Shown here one piece after another: positions 45,972 through 57,190 of a stretch of 64,000 nucleotides of DNA. Numbering within the stretch: position 1 is the stretch's first letter; each line of letters starts with the position of its first letter. Source of the stretch: an uncultured Bacteroidota bacterium (lineage in GTDB: Bacteria > Bacteroidota > Ignavibacteria > UBA10030 > UBA6906); NCBI GenBank assembly GCA_963714855.1, contig CAVQPT010000009.1:31438-95437 (forward strand), read 5' to 3'. The notes under the pieces are model-generated. The model saw only the letters and a list, made by a program, of their open reading frames with translations. It made no database searches and was not told the origin of the DNA. A program made the position numbers and the translations under genes.

Positions 45972-48610
45972 TCAACTTATGAATCTCTTCCGCCGGTTGC
46001 GAACGTAATCGACGAACACGCATTCCCCGAGATTTCCCAGGGATGAATAATACGCCCGGCCGTGATTGGCCTTGGTCAGCTCTTCGACAAAGTTGACCAG
46101 GTAGGGATCGCGCGCGACCATGAAGGTGGTGATGGGGATCTTCTCCCGCCGGCAGGCGACCGCCTCATCCAGCGTCTTGTTGACGATGCTTCTGGTCCAG
46201 ACCGAAGGCGTTCTTGTAGACACGCCCGCCCGTTCGGAAGGTCATGGCCGAGGGCTTTCCGTCGGTCACCATGAAGATTTGCTTGTTGGCGTTCCCGTTC
46301 CGCCGAAGGAGCATCCCGCGCCATCTGAAGCCCCGCGCGCGTGTTTGTGTGAAACGGGCCGACACTCAAGAATGGGAGCTCGTTGATGCTCACCAGCCGT
46401 GCATCGTCTCCGAAGGACGACCAGCGCCAGGTAGTCTTTGGGAAAGCGCGTCATGATCAGCTCCGACAGCGCCAGGGCCACCTGCTTGGCCGGCGTGATA
46501 CGGTCCTCGCCGTACAGGATCATGCTGTGACTGATGTCGATCATCAGCACCGTGGCGCAGCGAGGTCTGGTGTTCGGTTTCGTAGACTTCGAAATCGTCT
46601 TCACGACAGCGAGAAATTCGTCGATGCCGTCACGGCGGAAGGCGTTGGAGAGCGTTGAGGTGAGGTCGATGTCTGTGGGCTGATCGCCAAAGGTGAACTT
46701 GCGCGTCTCGCTCAGGCGGTCACACCCTCCGAGCCGGTGTGCGGGGTTTCATGAACGCCAGAGCGGGTCTTTTTGAGGGAGGTAAAGATCTCCCGCAGTG
46801 CATCCTGCCGGATCCGTTGGATGCCCCTGGTGGTCAGCTCTAGAGTCGGTGCGGACTTCCTCAATGAAGCCCCATCTCCTTGCAGCTTGTCAAGCAGCTC
46901 CTCCAGCGTGAGGTTCTCGTCAAAGAGCCCGTACTCCTCGACCCAGCTGGCGGAGCCACTCCAGGGCCTCCTCCGCGTCGCCACTGGTCTGGGTGACAAG
47001 GACACTGAAGAGCGAGATCATCTGCTCGAGGCGCTGCTCGTCTGTTGCAGAACCCGGACGCCAGGCGCGAACAGATCAACCGCACGATATTCCTCCTCGA
47101 AGGTGCGTTCCTGCCAGAGAAGATGCTCCCTACAAGGTCCTTATAGGACGTTCGGTGGTCCAGCTCGTCCTTAGCGATCCGGCTGTTCTGGTGTAGCCCG
47201 TCTAGCACGAACTCCATGACCGAGGGGAGCTCCCAGCTCCGATCCTTCGTCGGGAGATGACGCTCGGCAAAGGCCCGGAGTCCATGAACCGATTCCAGCA
47301 CCGTGCAGTATTCCGGACCGGCATGTGTCGGAAAGCTCCACGCCGTTGCCGGCCTCAAACCACTCGATGATCTTTCCGTATTCGATGTCGTGTTCACGTG
47401 TTTCGGCTTCGGCTGTGACGGACGCGGCCGCTTGCGAAGCGGGTCAGGGAAGTACGTCCGGAACGTCTCCCGAACAGCTTTCCCGACCAGGGCCTTGCTG
47501 ACCTTGGTGGGCCCTTCCTGTTCGCCCTCGAAGACCAGCTCGATCTTCCCGGTCAGTCCCGGGGAGAACATGCGGGAGGTCGCAGAGACGCGGCATGATC
47601 GACCGGTGTCGCCCAGAAGCAGCGCGCGTCGCTCGGCGTTGCTGACGAGATTCTCCATCGCCGAGATCGTCAGCCGGGCGCTCACACCGGACTTCTGGTC
47701 GACAAATTCGCTCTTCCGCGCCTCGAACGCGACCTGTACTCGACGATCTCCTTGAAAGAACTGGGGAATGCGGATTTCGTTTCCATCCGCGAGAGATCGG
47801 CCTCCTGTTCGGTGATCCCGATCGCATCATCGATAGTGCGCGGATAGTGCGTCAGGATCTGCGAGTCGATCCGGTCCTTCAGCGGCGTGATGATGTTGCC
47901 CACGGTTAGTGTAGTCTTCCGGGTTCGCCGTGAACACAAGCATGATGTCCAGCGGAATCCGTACGTTGAATCCGCGGATCTGGATGTCCTTTTCCTCCAG
48001 AATATTGAAGAGTCCCACCTGGATCCGGGGCTGGAGATCGGGCAGCTCGTTGATGGCAAAGATCCCGCGGTTTGTAGCGCGGGATGATCCCGAAGTGGAT
48101 CGCTCCTTCATGTGCATAGTGGAGGCGTTGCGCTCGCCGCCTTGATCGGGTCGATGTCACCGATCAGGTCGGCGATCGTCACGTCGGGCGTGGCCAGCTT
48201 CTCGCCGTAGCGCTGGCTCCGGTGCAGCCAGTCGATCGGAGTATCATCTCCGATTGCTGCGACCATGATCGACGGCGTACTGCTGACCGGCGCGAGCGGG
48301 TTGTCGTTGATCTCACTGCCACGGACGATCGGGACATACTCGTCGAGCAGCGAATTCAGCTGCCGGACAATTCTCGATTTCGCCTGACCGCGGAGCCCGA
48401 GCAGGATGATATCGTGCCGGGCGAGGATGGCGTTGACGATCGCCGGGAACGACAGTTTCTTCATATCCGATGACGCCGGGAAACAGTTGCGCACCGGCAT
48501 GCATCCGCGCTATAAGGTTTTCCCGCAGCTCATCCTTGACCGGACGGACGACATATCCGTTCTGACGAAGGCGGCCGAGGGTTGATGGCCGCACGGCAAT
48601 GGCCGGGGCG
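45972..48610 (-). pseudogene. AAA+ (ChlI/BchI-like) ATPase / VWA domain (ChlD-like) gene disrupted by at least 6 frameshifts
   Basis: Collinear protein-like fragments spread over 3 frames: ...NTRIHEAPDAPAIAV... / ...SDMKKLSFPAIVNAILARHDIILLGLRGQAKSRIV... / ...[56 protein letters not shown] / [19 protein letters not shown]... / ...LESVHGLRAFAERHL... / VWA part ...VLMIDISHSMILYGEDRITPAKQV... / ...IFMVTDGKPSAM... / ...KTLDEAVACRREKIPITTFMVARDPYLVNFVEEL... Confidence 0.65.
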
Positions 48611-48694
48611 TCGGGTGCTTCGTGAATCCGAGTGTTCATTGCAATTGCCAGAGAAAAATGGTACCATGCTCCACAACCGGCGTGAAGCGTACTA

Positions 48695-49741
48695 TTGACT
48701 ACAACACTTATCATCCGGTTAAGTTCCGTCGGCGATATTATCCTCACGTCACCGCTTATTCGTACGCTGCGTGCCCGTTTTCCGCACTGCCGCATTGACT
48801 TCCTGGTCAAAGAGGAATACGCTGACCTCATCCGGCACAATCCGCATCTGACGCAGACGCTGCTGTTTCCGTCCGGCGGGACGCTGGCCGATCTCCGTCG
48901 TTTGCGAAACCGCATCCGGACATCCCGCTATGACCTCATTGTGGATGTGCATGACAGCCTCCGGAGCAGGTTCGTGAGCACCGGTCCGGCACCGGTGGTG
49001 CGTTATCGGAAAAGGAAATTCGCACGTCTTGTCCTCGTCAGCACAAAGCGGGACATCTATTCATGGTTCGGCGGTGCTCCGTCTGTTGTCCGACGGTATC
49101 TCGAACCGCTCAAACCATATGGTGTCGAGGATGACGGACTGGGGTTGGAGGTTTTCGTTCCGGATTCAGTGCGGAAGTCGGCAGATCGGCTTCTCCAGCA
49201 GGAGGGTCTCGATCTGCAACGGACAACCCTGGGCGTGTGCCCTTCGGCCCGTCATGGCAACAAAATGTGGCTGCCGGAACGTTTCGCAGACGCGGCCGGC
49301 AGCATCGCCCGCAGCTCCGGCCAGGCGGTAACCCTCTTTGGAGATGGGAAGGAGCGCGAACGATGCAGTGCGATCGCCGATGCAATCGGCCGCAACGCAC
49401 CCGATGTCCGGGTCTTCAACCTTGCGGGAAAGTTGTCCCTTCTGCAAACGGCCGCCGCCATGGACACCTGTTCGCTTGTCCTGACAAACGACACCGGACT
49501 CATGCACCTAGCCCTCTCCCGGAAGCGGAACGTCGTCGCTGTATTCGGGCCGACCGTTCGACAGTTCGGCTTCTATCCTGAAAGTCCGCAGGCCCGTGTG
49601 GTCGAGACCTCCGGCCTCTCGTGCAGGCCCTGCACAACGATCGGCGGCCCGACCTGTCCCCGCGGCCACTTTCGGTGTATGCGGGATATCGCAGTGGATC
49701 GGGTGACCGAAGCGGCAGATGAACTTCTGAATCGAATGTGA
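48695..49741 (+). CDS. glycosyltransferase family 9 (LPS heptosyltransferase-like)
   Basis: MTTTLIIRLSSVGDIILTSPLIR... is the typical GT9 N-terminus; 348 aa. Confidence 0.85.
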   Translation: MTTTLIIRLSSVGDIILTSPLIRTLRARFPHCRIDFLVKEEYADLIRHNPHLTQTLLFPSGGTLADLRRLRNRIRTSRYDLIVDVHDSLRSRFVSTGPAPVVRYRKRKFARLVLVSTKRDIYSWFGGAPSVVRRYLEPLKPYGVEDDGLGLEVFVPDSVRKSADRLLQQEGLDLQRTTLGVCPSARHGNKMWLPERFADAAGSIARSSGQAVTLFGDGKERERCSAIADAIGRNAPDVRVFNLAGKLSLLQTAAAMDTCSLVLTNDTGLMHLALSRKRNVVAVFGPTVRQFGFYPESPQARVVETSGLSCRPCTTIGGPTCPRGHFRCMRDIAVDRVTEAADELLNRM

Positions 49742-49748
49742 GAATCAC

Positions 49749-51053
49749 ATGCAACAATTCTGGGCGTTCATCTATAGTGTCCTGTTCATCCCACTGTTCT
49801 GGACGACCCTCCATATCCTCAGCCTGGCCCAGTCCAAGATCCGCCGCGGCATTCGCGGACGCAGGGGGCTCTTCCAACATGTGACGGCCGGAATGCAGAC
49901 GCTCGGACCCGGACCACGCATCTGGTTCCACTCGTCATCCATGGGTGAGTTCGAACAGGCGAAACCGATCATCGCCGCGCTGAAGAGCAGAATCCCTGAC
50001 GTGCGGATTATTGTGACCTTTTTCTCCCCCTCCGGGTATGAACATTCCCGCACCTATCCCCTCGCCGATGTCATCGCGTACATTCCGTTCGATTCGCGGC
50101 GGGGCGCCCGGCGGTTTCTCGATATCGTCCGACCATCGGTCGCCGTCATGGTGCGGTATGACATCTGGCCCAATCACATCTGGGAACTACGTCGCAGGTC
50201 GATTCCCATTCTCCTGGCCAATGCAACGATGAGCCGGCTGACACTGCGCCGTTTTCCGCTCCTCCGCTCGCTCCACCAGCACATCTATAATGATATCGAT
50301 GCCATTCTCACCGTGGCGCAGAGCGATGTCGAGGCCTTCCTCCCCTTCGGTCTGGATCGGCCGAAGATCGAAGCGATCGGCGACACGCGCTACGACCAGG
50401 TCGTTGCGCGGAGTGTCGAAGCACGCAAACGAAATCTGATCCCCCCCGCGGTCCTGCAGGGAAAACGGGTGCTCGTGGCAGGAAGCAGCTGGCCTGAAGA
50501 TGAAGAAGTCCTCATCCCAGCATTTCTCGCCATGCGGCGGGTCGTGCCGGATATCCTCCTCCTCCTGGTCCCGCATGAGCCGACGGTCGAGCACCTCGAA
50601 GAAATCGAGCAGAAGCTCGAGGGCCAGGTTTCTACGATCCGGTTTTCGGGACTGAACGAGTACCGCAATGAACAGGTGATTCTCGTGGACAGCATCGGCA
50701 TCCTGCTCGTCCTCTATGCCTACGCCCACATCGCGTACGTCGGAGGAAGTTTTCGTCAGGGAATCCACAACGTCCTTGAAGCTGCTGTGTACGGCATCCC
50801 TGTCCTTTTCGGACCGAAGCACAGAAATTCCCATGAACCGATTCTCCTGGTGGAGCGCGGAGGAGCCTTTGTTGTCAATGACAGCGATTCCCTGGAACGC
50901 GCGGCAACGAACCTCTTCCAGGACAATGCGGCACGCATCACAGCAGGCGAACGCGCAGCGTCATTCGTCCGGGCAAACACAGGAGCAACCGACCGCTTCA
51001 TGCACTTTATCGAACCGTATCTCTCGCAGGCACGGGGGACCGACCACATATGA
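49749..51053 (+). CDS. waaA: 3-deoxy-D-manno-octulosonic acid (Kdo) transferase
   Basis: 434 aa; ...WFHSSSMGEFEQAKPIIAALK... is the conserved KdtA/WaaA motif. Confidence 0.85.
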   Translation: MQQFWAFIYSVLFIPLFWTTLHILSLAQSKIRRGIRGRRGLFQHVTAGMQTLGPGPRIWFHSSSMGEFEQAKPIIAALKSRIPDVRIIVTFFSPSGYEHSRTYPLADVIAYIPFDSRRGARRFLDIVRPSVAVMVRYDIWPNHIWELRRRSIPILLANATMSRLTLRRFPLLRSLHQHIYNDIDAILTVAQSDVEAFLPFGLDRPKIEAIGDTRYDQVVARSVEARKRNLIPPAVLQGKRVLVAGSSWPEDEEVLIPAFLAMRRVVPDILLLLVPHEPTVEHLEEIEQKLEGQVSTIRFSGLNEYRNEQVILVDSIGILLVLYAYAHIAYVGGSFRQGIHNVLEAAVYGIPVLFGPKHRNSHEPILLVERGGAFVVNDSDSLERAATNLFQDNAARITAGERAASFVRANTGATDRFMHFIEPYLSQARGTDHI

Positions 51054-52245
51054 AAATTGCGTATTTCGACACCATCGCTGGGATCGCCGGCGATATGACC
51101 ATGGCGGCGTGTGTCGCGGCAGGGGTCCCCATCGATATTCTGCGCAACGAACTCCTGAAACTCAATCTCTCCGGATTCGAACTTGACGCCCGGCATGTGC
51201 AGCGGAGCGCCATCGATGCCGTCCATTGCGATGTCACCATCATCGAACAGCCGCACTACCACCGGCACCTGAAAGACATCCTTGCCCTCCTCGGCAGCAG
51301 TGCGCTCTCCCCCACCGCAAAAGACCGCGCCACCCGTATCTTCACCCTCCTTGCCGAGGCGGAGGCGAGGGTTCACAATACGACAGTCGAGAAAATCCAT
51401 TTCCATGAGGTCGGCGCCCTGGATGCCATCGTGGACATTGCGGGAGTTGCAATCTGTCTCGAACTCCTGGGCATCGAGCAGGTGTACTCATCGCCGGTCC
51501 GTCTTGGCAGCGGCGGGACCATCCGTACCGAACACGGCCTTCTTCCTACGCCGGCACCCGCAACAGTGGAAATACTCCGGAATTATCCTGTGATTCTGAC
51601 CTCGATCCCCGAGGAGCTGACGACCCCGACTGGTGCCGCCATTATCAAAGCCCTGTCCGCCGGTGTTCTCGATGAAGAGACGATCACGATCGAAACGGTT
51701 GGGTACGGGGCGGGAACCCGTGAGATCGAGGGGAGGCCGAATCTCCTCCGCCTCGTTGTCGGAACACTCGACCAGGACACTGACCGGGATGCCTCCATCG
51801 TCGTCGAGACGAACATCGATGACATGAATCCCCAGATTCATCCATACATTATCGACCAGCTCCTGCAGGCGGGTGCCCACGATGCGTATCTGATCCCCAT
51901 CATCATGAAAAAGGACGGCCGGGAATCCTGCTGTCGGCGCTGACAGACGCACAACACCTCGATGCTGTCACCCGCATTGTGTTCCGCGAGACTCCATCTA
52001 TCGGGTTGAGGATCCAGCACGTCGGCCGGCGTAAACTGCGCCGTCGTCCGATGACCATGACGACATCCTTCGGCCCCGTCCGCGCAAAGGCAATCGAACG
52101 CGATGGTGTAACTGTTGTCACCGCCGAATTCGAGGAATGTAAACGCATCGCCATTGAGAAGTCGTTGCCACTCGCGGATGTCATGCGCATCATCAACTCC
52201 GAACTCCGCTCATCCTCATCCACATCCGGGGAATCATCACCATGA
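51050..52245 (+). CDS. larC: LarC-family nickel-insertion protein (DUF111), split by a frameshift in an A-run near 51915-51925
   Basis: N-terminal ORF 51050..51943 ends ...IIMKKDGRESCCRR*; shifting one base in the AAAAA(G) run restores ...IMKKGRPGILLSALTDAQHLDAVTRIVFRETPSIGLRIQHVGRRKL..., which continues as ORF 51979..52245. Confidence 0.7.
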
Positions 52246-53909
52246 ACGCGTCTCGTCTTCCGGTGGCCCTCCTTGTTGCCGGGCTGCTGGCTATCTCCTG
52301 CACATCACACAAAAGCGCCGATCCTGCAATGACAAGACTGGAACACCAGCTGAGCCGATTCCTTCCGGCAGCCATCTCGGCAGAGACATCGCGACTTGCC
52401 CCCGGTGATCGTGAAGCACTCGTTCATTTGATCGCCGCGACCCGGGCCATGGACACACTGTACCGCCGTCAGGTGTGGAGCGGTAACGAAGCACTCCTGG
52501 AAAAGCTCGAGGCCGACACCTCGCCTATGGGCAGGCTGCGGCTGGCGTACTTCACCGTCAATCAATCCCCCTGGTCCGGGCTCGACCACAATGAACCGTT
52601 CATCGAGGGTGTTCCGAATCCGCGCCCTCCGATGGCGAACCTCTATCCCGAAGATCTTACCAGGGAAGAGTTCCAGACCTGGGTCTCCCGGCTCCCGGAA
52701 GGCGAACAGCGCAAGGCAACGGGCTTCTTCTTTACCATCCGGCGGAACGCTGATGGTTCGTTGCGATCCGTTCCCTACAACGAGGAATATGCGCCGGAGC
52801 TGCAACGCGCGGCCGGACATCTGCGGAAGGCTGCCGCACTGACCGAAAACGCATCCCTGCGGCGGTTTCTCACACAACGCGCGGACGCGTTTCTCTCGAA
52901 CGACTACTACCAGAGCGACGTCGCCTGGATGGACCTTGATAGTCCGATCGACATCACGATCGGTCCATACGAAGTGTATATGGATGAGCTCTTCAATTAC
53001 AAAGCCGCCTTTGAGGCGTATCTCACCATTCGCAATACTGCCGAGACGGCTAAGCTCGGACAATTTTCATCTCTCCTGCAGGATATCGAAAACAACCTGC
53101 CCATCGAACCACGCTACCGGAACCCGAAACTCGGCGCAATGGCGCCTATCCGCGTTGTGGACGAAATCCTGGTCGGTGGAGAAGCACGGGCAGGAGTGCA
53201 AACTGCAGCGTTCAATCTCCCCAACGATGAACGGGTCGTCGCCGAAAAGGGGAGCAAACGTGTGATGTTGAAGAATGTTCAGGAAGCGAAGTTTCTCCAG
53301 GTTCTTACGCCGATCGCCGGGGTGGTGCTCGACTCGGCCCAGCGCTCCCTCCTTGCCTTCGAACCGTTCTTTACCCACATCCTCGCGCATGAACTCATGC
53401 ACGGTCTCGGGCCGCACTCCATCACTGTCGCCGGAAAGGCCACCACCGTCCGGAAGGCGATGCGCGATCTGAGTTCTGCGTTCGAAGAAGCGAAGGCGGA
53501 TATTGCGGGACTTTTTGCGCTGCAGTATCTCATCGACAAAGGTGTTGTCGACAAGTCCACCGAACAAGAGATGTATGTCACGTTTCTGGCGGGTGTCTTC
53601 CGGTCAGTCCGCTTCGGCATCAACGAGGCCCACGGGCGCGGGATGGCGTTTCAGTTCAACTACCTTATGGATGCAGGTGCATTCACCTTCGACAGCACCA
53701 CGGCCACGTTCCGTGTGCAGTTTGACCGCATCCAGCCTGCGGTACGGGAGCTGACCGGACTGATCATGACCGTTCAGGCCGAAGGGAACTACGAGAAGGC
53801 CCGGCAGTTGCTGGAAACGTATGCTGTCGTCCGGCCACCGATGCGTCTCGCACTGGACAAGTTGACCGACATCCCGGTCGACATCGTGCCGATGTTTTCC
53901 GTCGAATAA
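52242..53909 (+). CDS. M49 (dipeptidyl-peptidase III-like) zinc peptidase lipoprotein
   Basis: 555 aa; lipobox LAISC; HELMH...E zinc-binding motif (...HILAHELMHGLGPH...EEAKAD...). Confidence 0.7.
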   Translation: MNASRLPVALLVAGLLAISCTSHKSADPAMTRLEHQLSRFLPAAISAETSRLAPGDREALVHLIAATRAMDTLYRRQVWSGNEALLEKLEADTSPMGRLRLAYFTVNQSPWSGLDHNEPFIEGVPNPRPPMANLYPEDLTREEFQTWVSRLPEGEQRKATGFFFTIRRNADGSLRSVPYNEEYAPELQRAAGHLRKAAALTENASLRRFLTQRADAFLSNDYYQSDVAWMDLDSPIDITIGPYEVYMDELFNYKAAFEAYLTIRNTAETAKLGQFSSLLQDIENNLPIEPRYRNPKLGAMAPIRVVDEILVGGEARAGVQTAAFNLPNDERVVAEKGSKRVMLKNVQEAKFLQVLTPIAGVVLDSAQRSLLAFEPFFTHILAHELMHGLGPHSITVAGKATTVRKAMRDLSSAFEEAKADIAGLFALQYLIDKGVVDKSTEQEMYVTFLAGVFRSVRFGINEAHGRGMAFQFNYLMDAGAFTFDSTTATFRVQFDRIQPAVRELTGLIMTVQAEGNYEKARQLLETYAVVRPPMRLALDKLTDIPVDIVPMFSVE

Positions 53910-53931
53910 CACAGAAATCCGTCGTGAGACC

Positions 53932-54720
53932 TTGGAGACACTCCATATGCAGGATCTGAAAGACAAGATCGTTTTCATCACGGGCGCCAGCAGCGGCATA
54001 GGCGAAGCATGCGCCCACGCCTTTGCACGCGAGGGAACACTCCTCCTGCTCGCAGCGCGGCGAAAAGACCGGCTTGACAACCTCGCCGCGACCCTTCAGC
54101 GCGAGCACGGGGTCCGGACGCATACCGTACAGCTCGACGTTCGCAACCGCACCGCAGTCGATGCTACCATCGCCGGCCTGCCAGACCCGTGGCGCTCCAT
54201 CGATATCCTCGTCAACAACGCCGGCCTTGCCAGTGGATTCAGCAAGGTCCATGAAGGCGACGTCGAGGATTGGGAGGCGATGATCGATACCAACGTGAAG
54301 GGTTTACTGTACGTGTCCAGAGCCGTCGTGCCCGGAATGGTCGCGCGGAAACGGGGCCACATTCTCAATGTCGGATCAATCGCCGGCCATCAGGTGTATC
54401 CAAACGGTAATGTGTATTGCGCAAGCAAGTTTGCGGTCCGCGCCCTTACCGAAGGCCTCAAGATGGACCTTCTCGGAACGGGTGTGCGCGTCTGCTCACT
54501 TTCGCCGGGACTCGTGGAAACCGAGTTCAGCCTCGTGCGGTTCCACGGCGACAGTCAGCGTGCGGAGCAGGTGTATCATCATACCCGGCCGCTCCGCGGC
54601 GAGGATATCGCCGAGGTCGCGGTGTTCTGCGCACAGCGGCCGCCGCACGTGGACATCAGCGAGGTGATTATCATGCCCACGGACCAGGCTTCAGTGTATC
54701 ATGTACACCGGGAAGGATAA
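53932..54720 (+). CDS. SDR family NADP-dependent oxidoreductase (YdfG-like)
   Basis: TGASSGIG cofactor motif, YxxxK (YCASK) active site. Confidence 0.85.
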   Translation: METLHMQDLKDKIVFITGASSGIGEACAHAFAREGTLLLLAARRKDRLDNLAATLQREHGVRTHTVQLDVRNRTAVDATIAGLPDPWRSIDILVNNAGLASGFSKVHEGDVEDWEAMIDTNVKGLLYVSRAVVPGMVARKRGHILNVGSIAGHQVYPNGNVYCASKFAVRALTEGLKMDLLGTGVRVCSLSPGLVETEFSLVRFHGDSQRAEQVYHHTRPLRGEDIAEVAVFCAQRPPHVDISEVIIMPTDQASVYHVHREG

Positions 54721-55011
54721 ATGACTGATCCTGCACAGTCGGACAATCCGACGGATCTGCACCTGTTCAACGACGGGAATCTGTTCCTCCAGCTGGAAAC
54801 TGCTCCGTTTGCGCTGGGATACTACACCCTGAGATTTTACAGCGACCAGGGAAAGCCGGTTAACCGGATCACTCCCACTGTCTCGGAATTCTATCTCTAC
54901 CCTTCGGGAGGGACCCTGCGGGACTCCACATTCAACCTCATCTTCTACGATTCCCGATTCGACACGTATCGTGGTTTTCAACCGCCCCATCTTCGCCGAA
55001 AGGACGCCTGA
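54721..55011 (+). CDS. hypothetical protein (weak)
   Basis: 96-aa ORF, no family recognized; 3' end overlaps the extended murB ORF. Confidence 0.25.
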   Translation: MTDPAQSDNPTDLHLFNDGNLFLQLETAPFALGYYTLRFYSDQGKPVNRITPTVSEFYLYPSGGTLRDSTFNLIFYDSRFDTYRGFQPPHLRRKDA

Positions 55012-55021
55012 CGCAATACAA

Positions 55022-56125
55022 ATGAGTGGAGCTCCCCATACCGTTCGCGAGATGGTTCCGCTGGGCCCGCTCACTACAATCGGACTGGGCGGTCCGGCGC
55101 GCTATTTTGTCTCGTGCGCAACGGGGGAGGAGTGCCGATGGGCGCTCGCCTTCGCCAGGGAACGCGGCCTTCCGGTGTTCATCCTTGGAGGGGGAAGCAA
55201 CACGCTCTTCCCGGATGAAGGGTTCTCCGGCCTTGTACTGCATATCGGCATCACAGGCCTGGCGTTCTCAGAGTCGCCCGAAGGAACCGTCGTCACGGTC
55301 GGTGCTGGAGTGGCCTGGGACGATCTGGTCTCGACCTGTGTCGATCGGGGACTCGGAGGAATCGAATGCCTGGCTGGCATCCCGGGAACTACCGGCGCAA
55401 CTCCTCTCCAGAATGTGGGCGCATACGGGCAGGAGGTCGGGGACTCTGTTCTTTCTGTTCATGCCATTGATGTCACGACCGACAGTGATTGCGTCTTTCC
55501 ATCGTCGGAATGCGGATTCAGGTATCGGTGGAGCAGATTCAAAGGCAACGACGCGGGACGGTACCTCATCACATCGGTAACCTTCCGCTTCGAGCCGGAA
55601 GCCCGTCCACGCATCCGGTATCCCGAACTTCTCCGCGCGCTCAGCGAACACGGACCCGCGGAATCTCCTGCACCGGGGAAGCCGGGACTCATCCGGGTGC
55701 GGGAAACTGTCCTGCGCCTGCGTCGCGCAAAAGCAATGGTGATCGATACCAACGAACCGGACAGCCGGTCACTCGGCTCATTTTTCATGAATCCGGTCCT
55801 TTCTGCGCGGCAGTTCAAAGACGTGCAACAACGGTTCCTCGCATCAGGGAATGCGGACGCAATCCCGTTTTTTGCGACGCCCGAAGGTGTGAAGGTCCCC
55901 GCGGCATGGCTCGTTGAGCACGCCGGTTACCCCAGGGGAACACAGCGGGAAGGCGTTGGAATTTCGGAAAAGCACGCGCTTGCGCTCGTCAACAGGGGAG
56001 GAACGACCCGCGCAATCGTTGCGCTGGCTCAGGAGATCCAGGATGCCGTGGAACGGGTCTTCGGCATCCGGCTTTCGATCGAACCGGTCGTTGTCACTTC
56101 ACCCATGAACAGGACCATCACATGA
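55022..56125 (+). CDS. murB: UDP-N-acetylenolpyruvoylglucosamine reductase
   Basis: ...LGPLTTIGLGGPARYFV...LPVFILGGGSNTLF... FAD-binding domain and MurB C-terminal domain; track ORF begins at 54971, the internal Met at 55022 is preferred. Confidence 0.8.
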   Translation: MSGAPHTVREMVPLGPLTTIGLGGPARYFVSCATGEECRWALAFARERGLPVFILGGGSNTLFPDEGFSGLVLHIGITGLAFSESPEGTVVTVGAGVAWDDLVSTCVDRGLGGIECLAGIPGTTGATPLQNVGAYGQEVGDSVLSVHAIDVTTDSDCVFPSSECGFRYRWSRFKGNDAGRYLITSVTFRFEPEARPRIRYPELLRALSEHGPAESPAPGKPGLIRVRETVLRLRRAKAMVIDTNEPDSRSLGSFFMNPVLSARQFKDVQQRFLASGNADAIPFFATPEGVKVPAAWLVEHAGYPRGTQREGVGISEKHALALVNRGGTTRAIVALAQEIQDAVERVFGIRLSIEPVVVTSPMNRTIT

Positions 56126-56727
56126 TCAAAGCGGTAATATTCGATTTTGGAAACGTTCTCTGCTCCTTCAGCGTATCGACATTTTTCGAGAAACTCTCCC
56201 GCCAGAGCAGCTGCACGGTGGAAGAGCTCTTTGCCCTGATGCCGGAAATTTCCCGCCTTGCCATCGCATATGAAACCGGACTGATGACCTCGGATGAATT
56301 CTTTTCTCAAATCACAGCGCTCGCCCGGATCAGCATATCGCGGGAAGGGTTCATCCAGGCATATACGACAATCTTCACTCCGATTGACACCACGTTTGAC
56401 CTCATCCGATCACTGAAACCCCGGTTTCGCCTTGGCCTTCTCTCCAATACCAACGAGTGGCATTTTCAGCACAGCATTCAACCCGTGGAGGTCTTCCCGC
56501 TGTTCGATGCCGTGACGCTCTCCTACGAGGTGAAAGCCATGAAGCCGTCCGAGGCCATCTACCGGGACATGCTCCGGAAGCTGGACGTGGAGGCCGGCAC
56601 GTGCGCGTTTATCGACGACATCCAGGAGAATGTGGACGCCGCGCAACGTCTCGGCATGCATGCCATGCTGTACTCATCCCACGCGGCGCTGCTGCGCGAC
56701 CTCGGACATCTGGGCGTGCACGCGTGA
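56122..56727 (+). CDS. HAD family hydrolase
   Basis: MIKAVIFDFGNVL motif I and downstream HAD motifs. Confidence 0.8.
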   Translation: MIKAVIFDFGNVLCSFSVSTFFEKLSRQSSCTVEELFALMPEISRLAIAYETGLMTSDEFFSQITALARISISREGFIQAYTTIFTPIDTTFDLIRSLKPRFRLGLLSNTNEWHFQHSIQPVEVFPLFDAVTLSYEVKAMKPSEAIYRDMLRKLDVEAGTCAFIDDIQENVDAAQRLGMHAMLYSSHAALLRDLGHLGVHA

Positions 56728-56790
56728 GCCACCAGGAACCTCCGGCATAGCGCCGCTGTTGAGAAGTGTGATCAACCGTACGAGAGGAGT

Positions 56791-57168
56791 GTGACTATGA
56801 GCGGTCTTTCCATTGGCATCGGAGTGTTGCTGTCGGCACTCGGCCTGGTTGGATACATGATGAGCGGGGGGGCGAGCCTTACAGCCCTGATCCCTACCGC
56901 GTTCGGACTTGTCTTTCTCCTGCTCGGCATTCTCGCCAGGGATAAGAGCAAACGCAAACACGTAATGCATGCCGCTGCGGCGCTTTCCCTGCTCGGGGCC
57001 GCCTTCACTGTCGGGGGACTCGTGAAGGCCTTCAGCATGCTCGGCGGAGCCACGATCGAGCGCCCGCAGGCTGTGATCGCACAGGCAATCATGGCGGTCC
57101 TCTGTCTCGTCTTCCTCGTCTTTGCGGTCCGTTCTTTCATCAGAGCCCGCCGCACACAACAGCAATAG
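56791..57168 (+). CDS. small membrane protein (hypothetical)
   Basis: 125 aa, three to four hydrophobic helices. Confidence 0.5.
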   Translation: MTMSGLSIGIGVLLSALGLVGYMMSGGASLTALIPTAFGLVFLLLGILARDKSKRKHVMHAAAALSLLGAAFTVGGLVKAFSMLGGATIERPQAVIAQAIMAVLCLVFLVFAVRSFIRARRTQQQ

Positions 57169-57190
57169 TCCTGTGACAGGATAACACACC

